Made by a program: the position numbers and the translations under genes. Of a stretch of 64,000 bases of DNA, positions 8,711 through 18,715 are shown piece by piece; the first letter of the stretch is position 1, and the number at the start of each line of letters is the position of its first letter. Source of the DNA: an uncultured bacterium (GTDB taxonomy: Bacteria; Fidelibacterota; Marinisomatia; Marinisomatales; TCS55); the NCBI GenBank assembly GCA_964582455.1, contig CAZORD010000001.1, positions 9,693 through 73,692 on the forward strand. The letters are read 5' to 3'. The notes below the pieces were generated by a model. The model saw nothing but the letters and a program-made list of their open reading frames with translations. It did not search any database and was not told the origin of the DNA.

Positions 8711-11700
8711 ATGATTACGAGGAAACTCAATAATTTCTATCTTATTTTGATGTGCTGTGCAGCACCAATAATGGCTCAGAGCATTGTGGTTACAATTGGT
8801 GATGCAACAGTTGACGGATATACATCTGATATCGAAGTACCTGTCATTTTAACAAATCCCAATGATGAAGTTGCCGGTATTCAGTTTGATATGGAAGTGG
8901 CTCCGGGTGGAGTTGTTTCATTATCCAGTGTTGACGCCGTTGGCAATGCATCAGGTTTTACAACAGATTTTAATACATTGTCAGATGATGTATACCGTGT
9001 TGTTTTATATAATGCTGCCAGTAACTCCGTCATTTCTTCAAACGCTGATACGATAATGACATTACATTTTGATGGTTCAACTGTTGTATCAAGCCAAATT
9101 GATTTAATGGTGTCAGGATTGATAGTAAGTGATTCATCCGGCACTACAGTTTCATCTTCCAGCAGTAACGGCAGTATAACCATTGGCTACGTTGTTTCAT
9201 TAGATATGACAGATGGTGAAGGTGATGTAAATGATACTGTAAGTGTAACAGTAGACATGGTTAATGGAGGCGTTGTAGGCGGTGTTCAGTTCGACTTATA
9301 TGATACCCCGGATTATGTGTCTATTTCCAATATTACAACGACTGATCGTACCACTGGCTTCACTGTTACCACAACGGATATCGGACATGGTACGAGAGTA
9401 TTGGTCTATGATAATACTGGAAATAACATTTCTGCAGGTTCTGGAGCTATATTGAATGTCGATTTTACAGTTCATAGCAATGCGTATGCCGGTGATGTTA
9501 CTGTCACTTTCAATGATGTTGTAATTTCCGATGATATTGGCGGTGTATATTGGATTGCCGGATTGGATACAGGATTTGTAACAGTATATCCCGGGTACAT
9601 GGAAGAACCCCATAACCTGGAAGCAACCTCCGGGCTTGATGGTGTGGTCCCATTAGCTTGGGATGCTCCCTATGGACCCGTAGGAAATGATATTGAAGAA
9701 GATTTTGAAGATGGAGCATTCTCTGAAGGCTGGACAACGACTACAAATTCAGCAGTAGGTTGGTTTATCACCCAAGATGGATCCAGTGCTTTTTGGGCAA
9801 TCCCATCGCATACATACTATGCCTGCTCCAATGATGATGCAGCAGACGATGATGGTTCTGTAGATTATTTGATTACTCCATCTTTAAATACAAATGGGGC
9901 AACTGATTTTCAATTGAGTTTTGCTTCTTTTTATACTGGCGCATACAGTCAAACTGCACATGTTGAGGTCAGTACGGATGGTGTCAATTTCACTGAAGTT
10001 TATGCGTTACCTGCCAGTGCAGAGTGGGTCACTGAAACTGTTGATTTGAATGATTATGCAGGTGAAAACGAATTTTATATTGCATTTCATTCAAATGATA
10101 ACGGTGTATGGGCTTCTGGCTGGGCAATAGATGATATTCTAGTCAGTTTTACAGGAGGTCGAATTGCTCGCAATATTCACTTTGATTTTAATGAACTCGG
10201 ACAATGGGTCATCACTGCAGATAAAGCGGAAGTAGTGGAACAGTATCCTGACGGAATTACATATCAACAAACAGTAGATTGGGACAATCCACTTGAACCT
10301 CAAAATATTAATCGTGATGTACCTGTTACTGCGTACAACATTTATCGTACCGATGATGGTGCAAACTTTAACATGCTAACATCTGTTGGCTCGGATGAAT
10401 TGACTTATACAGATGATGATGTGGTTAATGGAACAACCTATTATTATTATATAACCGCTGACTATTCACCAGATGGAACTGAATCCGAACCGTCCAACAT
10501 TGCAGATGCTACACCAGTGGAGTGGATCGAGCTTGATTTGAGCGACGGAGCTGCCTTATCCGGTTCCACAGACACCTTGGATATTTTTATCAATAATGAA
10601 TCAAGTGTCAGTTTCTTTTACTTTGAAATTGAAGATAATCCAGATTTGATATCTGCCCAGGAAATCATAGCGACCGATCGAACAAGCAGCTGGACTTTAG
10701 ATGTATCTGAAGTCGGTGGTCAAATGGTGATTACCGGTCTTGGGTTAGGCAATGACATGGGGCCTGGCAGTGATGCAGTTTGTCGAGTCGTTGTAATGGC
10801 CGCCAGTCAAGACCCACTCCTGGCCGATTTGAATTTTACTACAGTTTCAGTACATGATGCTAATGGCAATGATATGATATGGACAGCCGAAGGTGCGACA
10901 TTCGATGTTTCAGTTGAAACTCAATACTTGGTTATGCCTAATGCTTATGGCAATCCCGGGGAATTGGTAACAGTTCCATTACTGATCAATAATACCCAGG
11001 ATGTCTATGGTATTCAGATATTTTTAACGGATGATCCTGATTATTTAAGTGGTATAGCAATTGGAGCAACCAGCTTCCATGATTTCAGTGACTGGACAGT
11101 GCAGGGTAATAATGTTGGTAATGAATATCGGATTGTACTTTTCAATAATTCTCTGGATAATCCTCTGCCTCAAGGGACAGGTCATATAGCTGATATATCT
11201 CTGTATATAGATCCTGCTGCGACAGTGGAAACAACCGTTCAGATATCTATGGAAGAAGTAGTGGTTGTTGACCAAAATAATATTGCAATGCATGCAGAAC
11301 TCTTTGAAAGTAAAGTATATATGGGTACGCCTGAAGCAGTCTATTCAATTGGCGATGTAAATGAATCTGCTCAAACCATGATGATAGAAATGGAAAATTC
11401 ATCACCGGTGTATGTTATTGAACTTGATCTTACAGATGCACCTGAAGGGATTGAAATAACAGATGTTGCACCTGCCGGACGATTTAGTGGTTCAGTGGAT
11501 GGCCAGTCTGGGGAAACTGATGAAGGTTCCGGTTATATCCTTGCATATGATTTAGCCAATGGTATAGCCGTTGGTTCTGGTGAAATACTGGAAGTAAGTT
11601 ATGATATCAAAACAAATACAGGTCTTTCCGGCGATGTAATCTCATGGTTGAGAGAAGTAAATACAGCTGACGCAGGATTGAATTCAATGACATCTTCCGG

Positions 11701-12037
11701 AACAGGTTTTACAATACTAGACGCCAACTTGAGTGTGGATGAAGAAATTGAAATGCCGGTTAAGTTTGCCCTGCATCCCGCATTTCCAAATCCATTCAAT
11801 CCCATGACGAATATTCGTTATGATTTACCTCAAGCAAGTTATGTTGACCTTCGTATTTTTGATCTTACTGGGCGGGAAGTACGGACGTTGGCAAGAGGTT
11901 TTGACCATGCAGGTGCAAAATCAGTTGTGTGGGATGCCAAGGATAACCACGGCCGCAGTGTGAGTGCCGGTGTGTACATTTACAGACTGGAATCGACTGG
12001 ACAAGTGCAATCACAAAAGCTGATTTTACTTAAGTAA
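8711..12037 (+). CDS. Secreted protein with about 5 cohesin-like domains, an FN3 domain interrupted by a cleaved-adhesin/MAM-like domain, and a FlgD/T9SS-like C-terminal sorting domain
   Basis: Signal peptide; repeated ~135-aa units (VAGIQFDM, VGGVQFDL, VYGIQIFL); EDFEDG...WAIDDI adhesin-like domain; FPNPFNPMTNI...GVYIYRL...KLILLK C-terminus. Confidence 0.75.
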   Translation: MITRKLNNFYLILMCCAAPIMAQSIVVTIGDATVDGYTSDIEVPVILTNPNDEVAGIQFDMEVAPGGVVSLSSVDAVGNASGFTTDFNTLSDDVYRVVLYNAASNSVISSNADTIMTLHFDGSTVVSSQIDLMVSGLIVSDSSGTTVSSSSSNGSITIGYVVSLDMTDGEGDVNDTVSVTVDMVNGGVVGGVQFDLYDTPDYVSISNITTTDRTTGFTVTTTDIGHGTRVLVYDNTGNNISAGSGAILNVDFTVHSNAYAGDVTVTFNDVVISDDIGGVYWIAGLDTGFVTVYPGYMEEPHNLEATSGLDGVVPLAWDAPYGPVGNDIEEDFEDGAFSEGWTTTTNSAVGWFITQDGSSAFWAIPSHTYYACSNDDAADDDGSVDYLITPSLNTNGATDFQLSFASFYTGAYSQTAHVEVSTDGVNFTEVYALPASAEWVTETVDLNDYAGENEFYIAFHSNDNGVWASGWAIDDILVSFTGGRIARNIHFDFNELGQWVITADKAEVVEQYPDGITYQQTVDWDNPLEPQNINRDVPVTAYNIYRTDDGANFNMLTSVGSDELTYTDDDVVNGTTYYYYITADYSPDGTESEPSNIADATPVEWIELDLSDGAALSGSTDTLDIFINNESSVSFFYFEIEDNPDLISAQEIIATDRTSSWTLDVSEVGGQMVITGLGLGNDMGPGSDAVCRVVVMAASQDPLLADLNFTTVSVHDANGNDMIWTAEGATFDVSVETQYLVMPNAYGNPGELVTVPLLINNTQDVYGIQIFLTDDPDYLSGIAIGATSFHDFSDWTVQGNNVGNEYRIVLFNNSLDNPLPQGTGHIADISLYIDPAATVETTVQISMEEVVVVDQNNIAMHAELFESKVYMGTPEAVYSIGDVNESAQTMMIEMENSSPVYVIELDLTDAPEGIEITDVAPAGRFSGSVDGQSGETDEGSGYILAYDLANGIAVGSGEILEVSYDIKTNTGLSGDVISWLREVNTADAGLNSMTSSGTGFTILDANLSVDEEIEMPVKFALHPAFPNPFNPMTNIRYDLPQASYVDLRIFDLTGREVRTLARGFDHAGAKSVVWDAKDNHGRSVSAGVYIYRLESTGQVQSQKLILLK

Positions 12038-12060
12038 TTAAAATTTCAGAGCCAATTTTA

Positions 12061-12092
12061 AAAGGGCAGGATTTCCTGCCCTTTTTCTTTTT
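12061..12092 (+). terminator. Intrinsic terminator
   Basis: aaagggcagg-attt-cctgcccttt followed by a T-rich tract. Confidence 0.85.
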
Positions 12093-12139
12093 ATGACATA
12101 CATAAAATCTTAATTTCAGTTGCTTCAAAAACGTATATT

Positions 12140-12222
12140 GCCGCGGTGGTGGAATTGGTAGACACGCCAGATTTAGGATCTGGTGCCCATTAGGTGTGAA
12201 GGTTCGACTCCTTTCCGCGGCA
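12140..12222 (+). tRNA. tRNA-Leu (anticodon TAG)
   Basis: Acceptor GCCGCGG/CCGCGGC, D-loop AATTGGTA, anticodon arm CCAGA-TTTAGGA-TCTGG, long variable arm, GGTTCGACTCC; no encoded CCA. Confidence 0.96.
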
Positions 12223-12227
12223 CAAAA

Positions 12228-13103
12228 ATGACTGAACAAAAGCAAACAGATGAAGTAATGGAACAAATACCTGAAAAAAAATCAGCTCTGCGGGTTATTG
12301 TACATAGTTTTTTTGTTGTACCATTCCTGATCGCTGTCTTTGCAGTAATTGTTTTTTTAATGGTTAAAGTTCTTACCGTCGAACCCAATACAGCCCGGGA
12401 TTATTTAGAGCATGTTAAAATCGGTGGTACCACTAAGCGCTGGCAGGGAGCTTTCGAACTATCCAAGATTCTTTCCAATCCCAAAATGGTTCCCAAAGAT
12501 GAACGCTTTGTCCAGGATATGATTTCAACCTTTGAGTATTCAGCCCATGATCGAGATTCCCGGATTCGCTCATACCTGGCTATGGCTATGGGCAGGACAC
12601 TTGATCAGCGCTATACACCCACACTCATTAAAGCTATAAATGAAAATGATTATTCTATTGTAGCTGCATGTGCTTATGCCTTGGGATTAATACAAAGTGA
12701 TGCTGGTTTTGCAGCATTATTAAATATGGCTGAACATGAAGATGCCCAGGTAAGATTACAAACAATTATCGCACTGGGTAATTATCAAAATCATGAGGCA
12801 GAAGATATATTATTAAATGCATTGGCAGATCAGGAAGCTAATGTACGCTGGGATGCAGCTGTAGCTATGGCTAAGTTAAAAAATGATAGCGGGCGAGGAA
12901 TTTTGTTAGACCTATTAGACCGAAAATATTTAGATTCATTTCCTAATATTGATCAATTTGAACAGGATCAAGCCATGTTGGTGGCAATTCAGGTTATACC
13001 AAATATTATAGATACAGAATTTGAATCTGTATTGATTAATTTGAGAGATAAAGATCGCAGCATGAAGGTACGAGAAGCAGCACGACAGGCATTAGCGGAA
13101 TAA
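12228..13103 (+). CDS. Membrane-anchored HEAT-repeat protein, first gene of the bc-complex cluster
   Basis: One TM helix, then HEAT-like repeats (VRLQTIIALG, VRWDAAVAMA, VREAARQAL). Start moved to ATG 12228 because the track start lies inside the tRNA. Confidence 0.8.
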   Translation: MTEQKQTDEVMEQIPEKKSALRVIVHSFFVVPFLIAVFAVIVFLMVKVLTVEPNTARDYLEHVKIGGTTKRWQGAFELSKILSNPKMVPKDERFVQDMISTFEYSAHDRDSRIRSYLAMAMGRTLDQRYTPTLIKAINENDYSIVAACAYALGLIQSDAGFAALLNMAEHEDAQVRLQTIIALGNYQNHEAEDILLNALADQEANVRWDAAVAMAKLKNDSGRGILLDLLDRKYLDSFPNIDQFEQDQAMLVAIQVIPNIIDTEFESVLINLRDKDRSMKVREAARQALAE

Positions 13104-13110
13104 GATATTT

Positions 13111-13683
13111 ATGGCCGAAACTATTTCAAAAGAATCTGCTACCAAAGACCCGGGTCGCCGTCCGCCCGCAGCGCTCGGTAAAGCTGACACGGGTGACCAA
13201 ATGTCTCGTCGCTCATTTTTTTCCTGGTTGTCTATCGGCTGGATTGCATTTATTGCTGCAACAGGCGGGTTTTTTACCATGATGCTCCGTTTCTTCTTCC
13301 CCAATGTCTTATTTGAACCTGTACAGACCTTCCGTGCTGGCTATCCTGAAGACTATACGATTGGTGAAGTGGATTTAAGGTGGAAAGATAAATATGGTGT
13401 TTGGATCGTTAGAAATGCTGCTGGTATTTATGTTCTTTCAACAACATGTACACATCTTGGCTGTGTACCGAACTGGTTAGGATCTGAACAAAAATTCAAG
13501 TGTCCTTGCCATGGGAGTGGATTCTTTAAAACTGGAATTAATTTTGAAGGACCGGCGCCACGACCTTTGGAAAGATTCAAAATACTTTTGGCAGATGATG
13601 GTCAGATCATCATTGATAAAACAAGAAAATTTCAACAGGAAAAGGGTCAATGGAATGATCCGGAAGCGTTTTTGAAAGTATAA
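13111..13683 (+). CDS. qcrA: Rieske 2Fe-2S subunit of Rieske/cytochrome b complex
   Basis: Tat motif SRRSFF, CTHLGC, CPCHGS, GPAPRPL. Confidence 0.93.
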   Translation: MAETISKESATKDPGRRPPAALGKADTGDQMSRRSFFSWLSIGWIAFIAATGGFFTMMLRFFFPNVLFEPVQTFRAGYPEDYTIGEVDLRWKDKYGVWIVRNAAGIYVLSTTCTHLGCVPNWLGSEQKFKCPCHGSGFFKTGINFEGPAPRPLERFKILLADDGQIIIDKTRKFQQEKGQWNDPEAFLKV

Positions 13684-13693
13684 TGGAGATTAT

Positions 13694-14464
13694 ATGTTAG
13701 ATAAATTTCGTGGGACTCAATTGTATAAATCTATCTTCCGCGGAGGTGGTGTTCCTAAAAGCCGCCGACAAAGGATGATGGTGGTACTAAATAGTGTATT
13801 TCTTCATCTACACCCTGTAAGATTACCCAAACATGCAGTAAAGTTAAAATTCACCTGGTGCATGGGTGGATTATCTTTTTTCATATTTCTTATCTTGACC
13901 ATTTCAGGTATACTGCTCATGTTTTATTATCGCCCAACGATTGAATATGCCTATACCGATATTATTGATCTAGCAGAACAAGTTCCATTTGGGATCATGA
14001 GAGAAGTCCATCGCTGGGGCGCCCATGCCATGGTGATTACTGTGTGGCTGCACATGTTTCGTGTGTTTATGACAGGTTCATACAAACCTCCACGCGAATT
14101 TAATTGGGCAATAGGTGTTGTACTTTTACTTCTAACATTGTTATTGAGTTTTACCGGTTATCTGCTTCCTTGGGATCAACTGGCCATTTGGGCGATTACT
14201 GTTGGATCCAATATGGCTCGGGCAACCCCATTTCTTGGACATGAAGGCCCTGGAGCAGGATTATTGGCTATTGGAGATATTAATTTTATAACCATGGGCA
14301 GTGATGTTCGTTTTGCTTTGATTGGAGGACGGTTTATGGGTGAAGCAGCACTTTTGCGTTTTTATGTACTGCATTGTATCGGCTTGCCTTTTATTATTAT
14401 GATTTTCATGGCCGTACATTTCTGGAGAATTCGTAAAGACGGTGGTATTTCAACTCCTGTATAA
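13694..14464 (+). CDS. qcrB: Cytochrome b N-terminal (b6-like) subunit
   Basis: HRWGAH, HMFRVF, TGYLLPWDQ, LRFYVLH; WCMGG carries the heme-ci-type Cys. Confidence 0.93.
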   Translation: MLDKFRGTQLYKSIFRGGGVPKSRRQRMMVVLNSVFLHLHPVRLPKHAVKLKFTWCMGGLSFFIFLILTISGILLMFYYRPTIEYAYTDIIDLAEQVPFGIMREVHRWGAHAMVITVWLHMFRVFMTGSYKPPREFNWAIGVVLLLLTLLLSFTGYLLPWDQLAIWAITVGSNMARATPFLGHEGPGAGLLAIGDINFITMGSDVRFALIGGRFMGEAALLRFYVLHCIGLPFIIMIFMAVHFWRIRKDGGISTPV

Positions 14465-14466
14465 CA

Positions 14467-15585
14467 ATGGCTGATTTTAAGCATTTAATCGATACAATCT
14501 CGAATCCCACGATTCTATTTACGTCGACACTTATTATCTTTTTCTTTATTTTTCCCATAAATGACTGGTTTTATAAATGGAACCGCCGGTTAAAATTGTA
14601 TGTATTGTGGTCTGGCAAAGGTATGCTCATTGCGGCAATTATCATGGCTGCATTTTTCATGTTTGGCTTATCGGATCCTGATTTCAGATCCATTGTTCTG
14701 AAACCGGATAATGTACCAATCTCCGGATTGATTTTTCTTGTTTACTTTTTTACATGGTTATCGATGCACCAGGCATATGAAAACGATGCCAAATTAGAAC
14801 GCGGCGAATCGATCGATGAACAATACGACGCACCAAATGATAAAGTGCTAGTTTGGCCGGACCTTGTGTATGTTGAATTTATTGCTCTGATTTTATGTTC
14901 AGCTTTTCTGATGATCTGGTCCATTAGTTTGCAAGCGCCTATCGAAGAGCCAGCGAACCCCTCCGAAGCTCCCAATCCTTCAAAAGCACCATGGTATTTC
15001 TTAGGCCTGCAGGAAATGCTGGTATATTTTGATCCCTGGATGGCTGGCGTTGTACTACCCAGCTTAATCATAGTAGGTTTGATGGCTTTCCCTTTTATCG
15101 ATAATGAACCAGCTGGTTCTGGATATTATAGTTTTAAAAACAGGAAATTATCTATTGCTCTTTTCATGTTTGGCTGGCTGGTATTATGGAATATGCTGAT
15201 CGTAGTTGGAACGTTTCTTAGGGGACCAAACTGGAATTTCTTTGGTCCTTTCGAATACTGGGATATCCATAAACTTGAAGCACTAACCAACATTAATTTA
15301 TCTGAATATATATATATCAAATGGTTTAGCACAGGGCTCCCTGACAGTATTATAGCTAGAGAAATTTGGGGTATCCTTCTTTTAGCTGGTTATTATCTTA
15401 TTCTGCCGCCTTTATTAGCCAAAACAGTATGTAAGAAAATATATGAACGGTTGAATCCTTTTGTTTATTCAATTTTCATTGTTTTGATCCTGACTGCATT
15501 AACATTACCGATTAAAATGTATCTACGGTGGATGTTCAATTTGAAATACATCATAGCCATACCAGAATATTTCTTCAATTTCTAG
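14467..15585 (+). CDS. Extended cytochrome b subunit IV-like membrane protein
   Basis: VWPDL, PANP...KAPWYFLGLQE (PEWY-equivalent), PFID; extra TM helices. Confidence 0.85.
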   Translation: MADFKHLIDTISNPTILFTSTLIIFFFIFPINDWFYKWNRRLKLYVLWSGKGMLIAAIIMAAFFMFGLSDPDFRSIVLKPDNVPISGLIFLVYFFTWLSMHQAYENDAKLERGESIDEQYDAPNDKVLVWPDLVYVEFIALILCSAFLMIWSISLQAPIEEPANPSEAPNPSKAPWYFLGLQEMLVYFDPWMAGVVLPSLIIVGLMAFPFIDNEPAGSGYYSFKNRKLSIALFMFGWLVLWNMLIVVGTFLRGPNWNFFGPFEYWDIHKLEALTNINLSEYIYIKWFSTGLPDSIIAREIWGILLLAGYYLILPPLLAKTVCKKIYERLNPFVYSIFIVLILTALTLPIKMYLRWMFNLKYIIAIPEYFFNF

Positions 15586-15602
15586 TATAGATTATATAGA
15601 AG

Positions 15603-18600
15603 ATGATTGACCAACAGGAACGATATTATAATATACTCAAGCTGAATCGCTGGTTCGCTTTATCGAGTCTGATTTTTGCTGGAATTTTCATTCTCACATT
15701 TGCTGATGATTATCAGCGTCCATGGAAAAAATTTCAAAAGGAATTCCGCAGTGTTGAAATAGAAAAAATCAGCAATAATCTTGCTGAACTGAATATTAAT
15801 CTTGACAGCAATGACGAATATAATGCCTTGAAGGAGCGTTTATCAGAAGCAAAAAAGAAATTACAAGACAAGGTTGATGAGATAGATGAACTAAACGGAA
15901 AGATCAAGGAAGCAGACGCAGAACGCTATCGTATGAACCAGAATCATCAATTTGCCAAAGCGGAATTTGATGTAGCAAAATATACCGCAGATCAAGCTCG
16001 ACACGGGCATGGAGACGTAGAAGCTGCAGAAATAAATCTTAAACGTCTCGATGAACTTACTTCTGGGTTCAAGTTGGAACTGGAAACAGTTGAAAAGAAG
16101 CTGGAAATTCTGCAAAATCGTTTAGCCGATCTATATGCTGAAAACAAAACATATAAAGATGAATTAAGTGGAATCAGCAGACAACGAAATCTTACAGTTA
16201 GGAAACTCGCAAAAACTGATCCGGAAAAAATGTCATTTTCCAACAAGATCGCCAATGTGGTCCGTGATCTTCCTGTTCTTGATTTTATCGATCCCTATTA
16301 TGAAGTAAAACAGGTAGTAGTAAAGGACATTGAAGAAGACCTTGTGTATTTAGGAATGCCAAGGGTTGATCGCTGCATGACCTGTCACATGGGTATTGAT
16401 AATAAGGAATTTGTAGATGTTCCCCAGCCTTATACAACACATCCTAATTTAGACCAAATGGTAGGAGCGAATTCTCCACACCCTTTGAGTGAATTTGGCT
16501 GTACAACATGCCATGCAGGTCGAGGCAGAGGTACAGGTTTTAATACAACTGCTCATTCGCCATCTACTTTAGAGCAAGCCCATGATTGGGAAGAAAAATA
16601 TGATTGGCACCGCATGCACCATTGGAAAGACCCCATGTTTACCAAACAGAATATGGAAGCAGGCTGTTTCAAATGCCACAGCGGAAATATGCCTATAGAT
16701 GGAGCGAAAACACTTTCTCTTGGCATGGCCCTTGTTGAGCGCGCCGGATGCTTTGGGTGCCATCAGATGGACCGCTGGGAAGGTAAGCCCAAAACGGGAC
16801 CCAACTTGGCAAAGATGGCTTCGAAAACTACCAAAGATTGGACTTGGAAATGGATCAACAGCCCCAGGGATTTTCGTCACAATACGTGGATGCCCCATTT
16901 CTTTAATGTAACCAACAATAGTGACCCAAATTCTTTAATTCGTACTGAACAGGAAATTCATTCGATCACTGCATATTTATTTAATAAGAGTGAATCTTTC
17001 CCTATGGATAAACTGCCACGGAATGCGGATGCAGAAAATGGACAGCTTTTAGTCGCATCTGTTGGTTGTATGGGCTGCCATGAGATTCAACCCGATGCTG
17101 TAGCTGAAGAAACAACCTCCATCCAAACCTTAAGACGTGAGCAAGGTCCAAACTTAATTGGACTGGGATCTAAATCAACTGCTCAATGGGTATATAATTG
17201 GGTCAGGGATCCTGCTTCTTTCCATCCGGAAACGAAAATGCCAAACCTGCGTTTGACCAGACAGGAAGCAGTTGACATAGCTGCGTATCTTACACAGGAT
17301 AAAAATAATGAATTTGATGCGCAAGAAATTCCTGGAGTGAATGAAGAGATCCTTGATGATATCGCGGCAGGATTTTTAAGCCAGCAACTACGTAAGGAGC
17401 AGGTAGATACCAAGCTTGCAGGAATATCGATAGATGAGAAATTGGATTATAACGGCCAGCGCCTCATAGGACAATATGGTTGTTTTGGCTGTCATAATAT
17501 TCCCGGATTTGAAAAAACTAAACCAATTGGTACAAGTTTAACACTTGAAGGGAGCAAACTGATTACCAAGCTGGATTTTGGTTTTCACCATGATAATTTG
17601 CCCCATACTCGGTGGGATTGGTTTGCACAAAAGCTTGATGATCCGCGAATCTTTGATATGATTCCACAGGAAGATGGATCGTTGAAATCTATGGAAAAAC
17701 AGCCACTGGATAAATTGCGTATGCCTGACTATAGTTTAACACAGCATGAGATAGATGCATTAGTCACGGTTATCATGGGTTCTGTAAAAGATGAAATACC
17801 AGCTGGAAAATTACCTGAAGTAAATGCAAAACAGCTGGCTTTAGAGGCAGGCGAACAGATTATACAAACCAATAATTGTAAAGGATGTCATAAGATAGAT
17901 GGAGATGGCGGAGCAATATTACCAGCAACAGCAGATTGGTTGCGTGAGATTGCCGATGAAACTAATGCTGAAGATATGAGTATCGTTCAAAGTTTTTCAC
18001 CACCATTGTTGAATACACAAGGACGGAAAACTCAACCTGAATGGTTATTAAATTGGTTTAAAGATATATCGATGATCAGGCCGCACTTGCAGGTGCGCAT
18101 GCCCAGTTTTGATTTTACCGATGAGGACTGGAATTCCATTATTGAATATTTTCAGCAAAAAGACGGTCAGTCCCTTGCTTATGAATTACCTCATTCCATA
18201 AATAATAATTCTGACTCTTATAAAGCAGGAAATGTCATCCAGGAACTTGGTGCTTGCACAAATTGTCATTTCTATGGCAATCAGAAACCCAAACAAGCTG
18301 CTTTAACTTGGGCGCCGAATCTTGTTTTGACAAAGAATCGTTTAAGACCTGAATGGTTATTAGAATATTTTAGTAATCCACAAGATATAATGCCCGGTAC
18401 AAAAATGCCCGCACCATATATACCCACAGAAGAGCCTATAGCAGATGTATTGAACAATTGGGGTAAATCAGTGGCTAATATGAATGGTGACTCTACTAAA
18501 TTATATCAAGGGTTAGTGGATTATCTCTGGGGATTGAAGGGGAAAGAGGATGTTTCACGGATTGTTAAAGCTCACTTGGATAGTGAAGGGTATGGATTTA

Positions 18601-18644
18601 TTATCGAAGATGAAGAAGATGATTGGGGAGACGACGACTGGTAA
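15603..18644 (+). CDS. Membrane-anchored octaheme cytochrome c with coiled-coil stalk
   Basis: Eight CxxCH: CMTCH, CTTCH, CFKCH, CFGCH, CMGCH, CFGCH, CKGCH, CTNCH; N-terminal TM helix and long heptad region. Confidence 0.9.
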   Translation: MIDQQERYYNILKLNRWFALSSLIFAGIFILTFADDYQRPWKKFQKEFRSVEIEKISNNLAELNINLDSNDEYNALKERLSEAKKKLQDKVDEIDELNGKIKEADAERYRMNQNHQFAKAEFDVAKYTADQARHGHGDVEAAEINLKRLDELTSGFKLELETVEKKLEILQNRLADLYAENKTYKDELSGISRQRNLTVRKLAKTDPEKMSFSNKIANVVRDLPVLDFIDPYYEVKQVVVKDIEEDLVYLGMPRVDRCMTCHMGIDNKEFVDVPQPYTTHPNLDQMVGANSPHPLSEFGCTTCHAGRGRGTGFNTTAHSPSTLEQAHDWEEKYDWHRMHHWKDPMFTKQNMEAGCFKCHSGNMPIDGAKTLSLGMALVERAGCFGCHQMDRWEGKPKTGPNLAKMASKTTKDWTWKWINSPRDFRHNTWMPHFFNVTNNSDPNSLIRTEQEIHSITAYLFNKSESFPMDKLPRNADAENGQLLVASVGCMGCHEIQPDAVAEETTSIQTLRREQGPNLIGLGSKSTAQWVYNWVRDPASFHPETKMPNLRLTRQEAVDIAAYLTQDKNNEFDAQEIPGVNEEILDDIAAGFLSQQLRKEQVDTKLAGISIDEKLDYNGQRLIGQYGCFGCHNIPGFEKTKPIGTSLTLEGSKLITKLDFGFHHDNLPHTRWDWFAQKLDDPRIFDMIPQEDGSLKSMEKQPLDKLRMPDYSLTQHEIDALVTVIMGSVKDEIPAGKLPEVNAKQLALEAGEQIIQTNNCKGCHKIDGDGGAILPATADWLREIADETNAEDMSIVQSFSPPLLNTQGRKTQPEWLLNWFKDISMIRPHLQVRMPSFDFTDEDWNSIIEYFQQKDGQSLAYELPHSINNNSDSYKAGNVIQELGACTNCHFYGNQKPKQAALTWAPNLVLTKNRLRPEWLLEYFSNPQDIMPGTKMPAPYIPTEEPIADVLNNWGKSVANMNGDSTKLYQGLVDYLWGLKGKEDVSRIVKAHLDSEGYGFIIEDEEDDWGDDDW

Positions 18645-18666
18645 AAGTCGATTTAAATTTTAGATA

Positions 18667-18700
18667 ATAAAAAAGGCGGTTTTTCAACCGCCTTTTTTAT
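18667..18700. terminator. Bidirectional intrinsic terminator between convergent genes
   Basis: aaaaaa-ggcggtt-tttc-aaccgcc-tttttt. Confidence 0.9.
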
Positions 18701-18715
18701 TTGGAAATAAGTGAA

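Noticed and set aside
12183-12227. ORF-track N-terminal extension of the HEAT protein, and antisense ORFs 12030-12266 and 12173-12388
   Set aside because: They overlap the tRNA-Leu and are translations of tRNA sequence.
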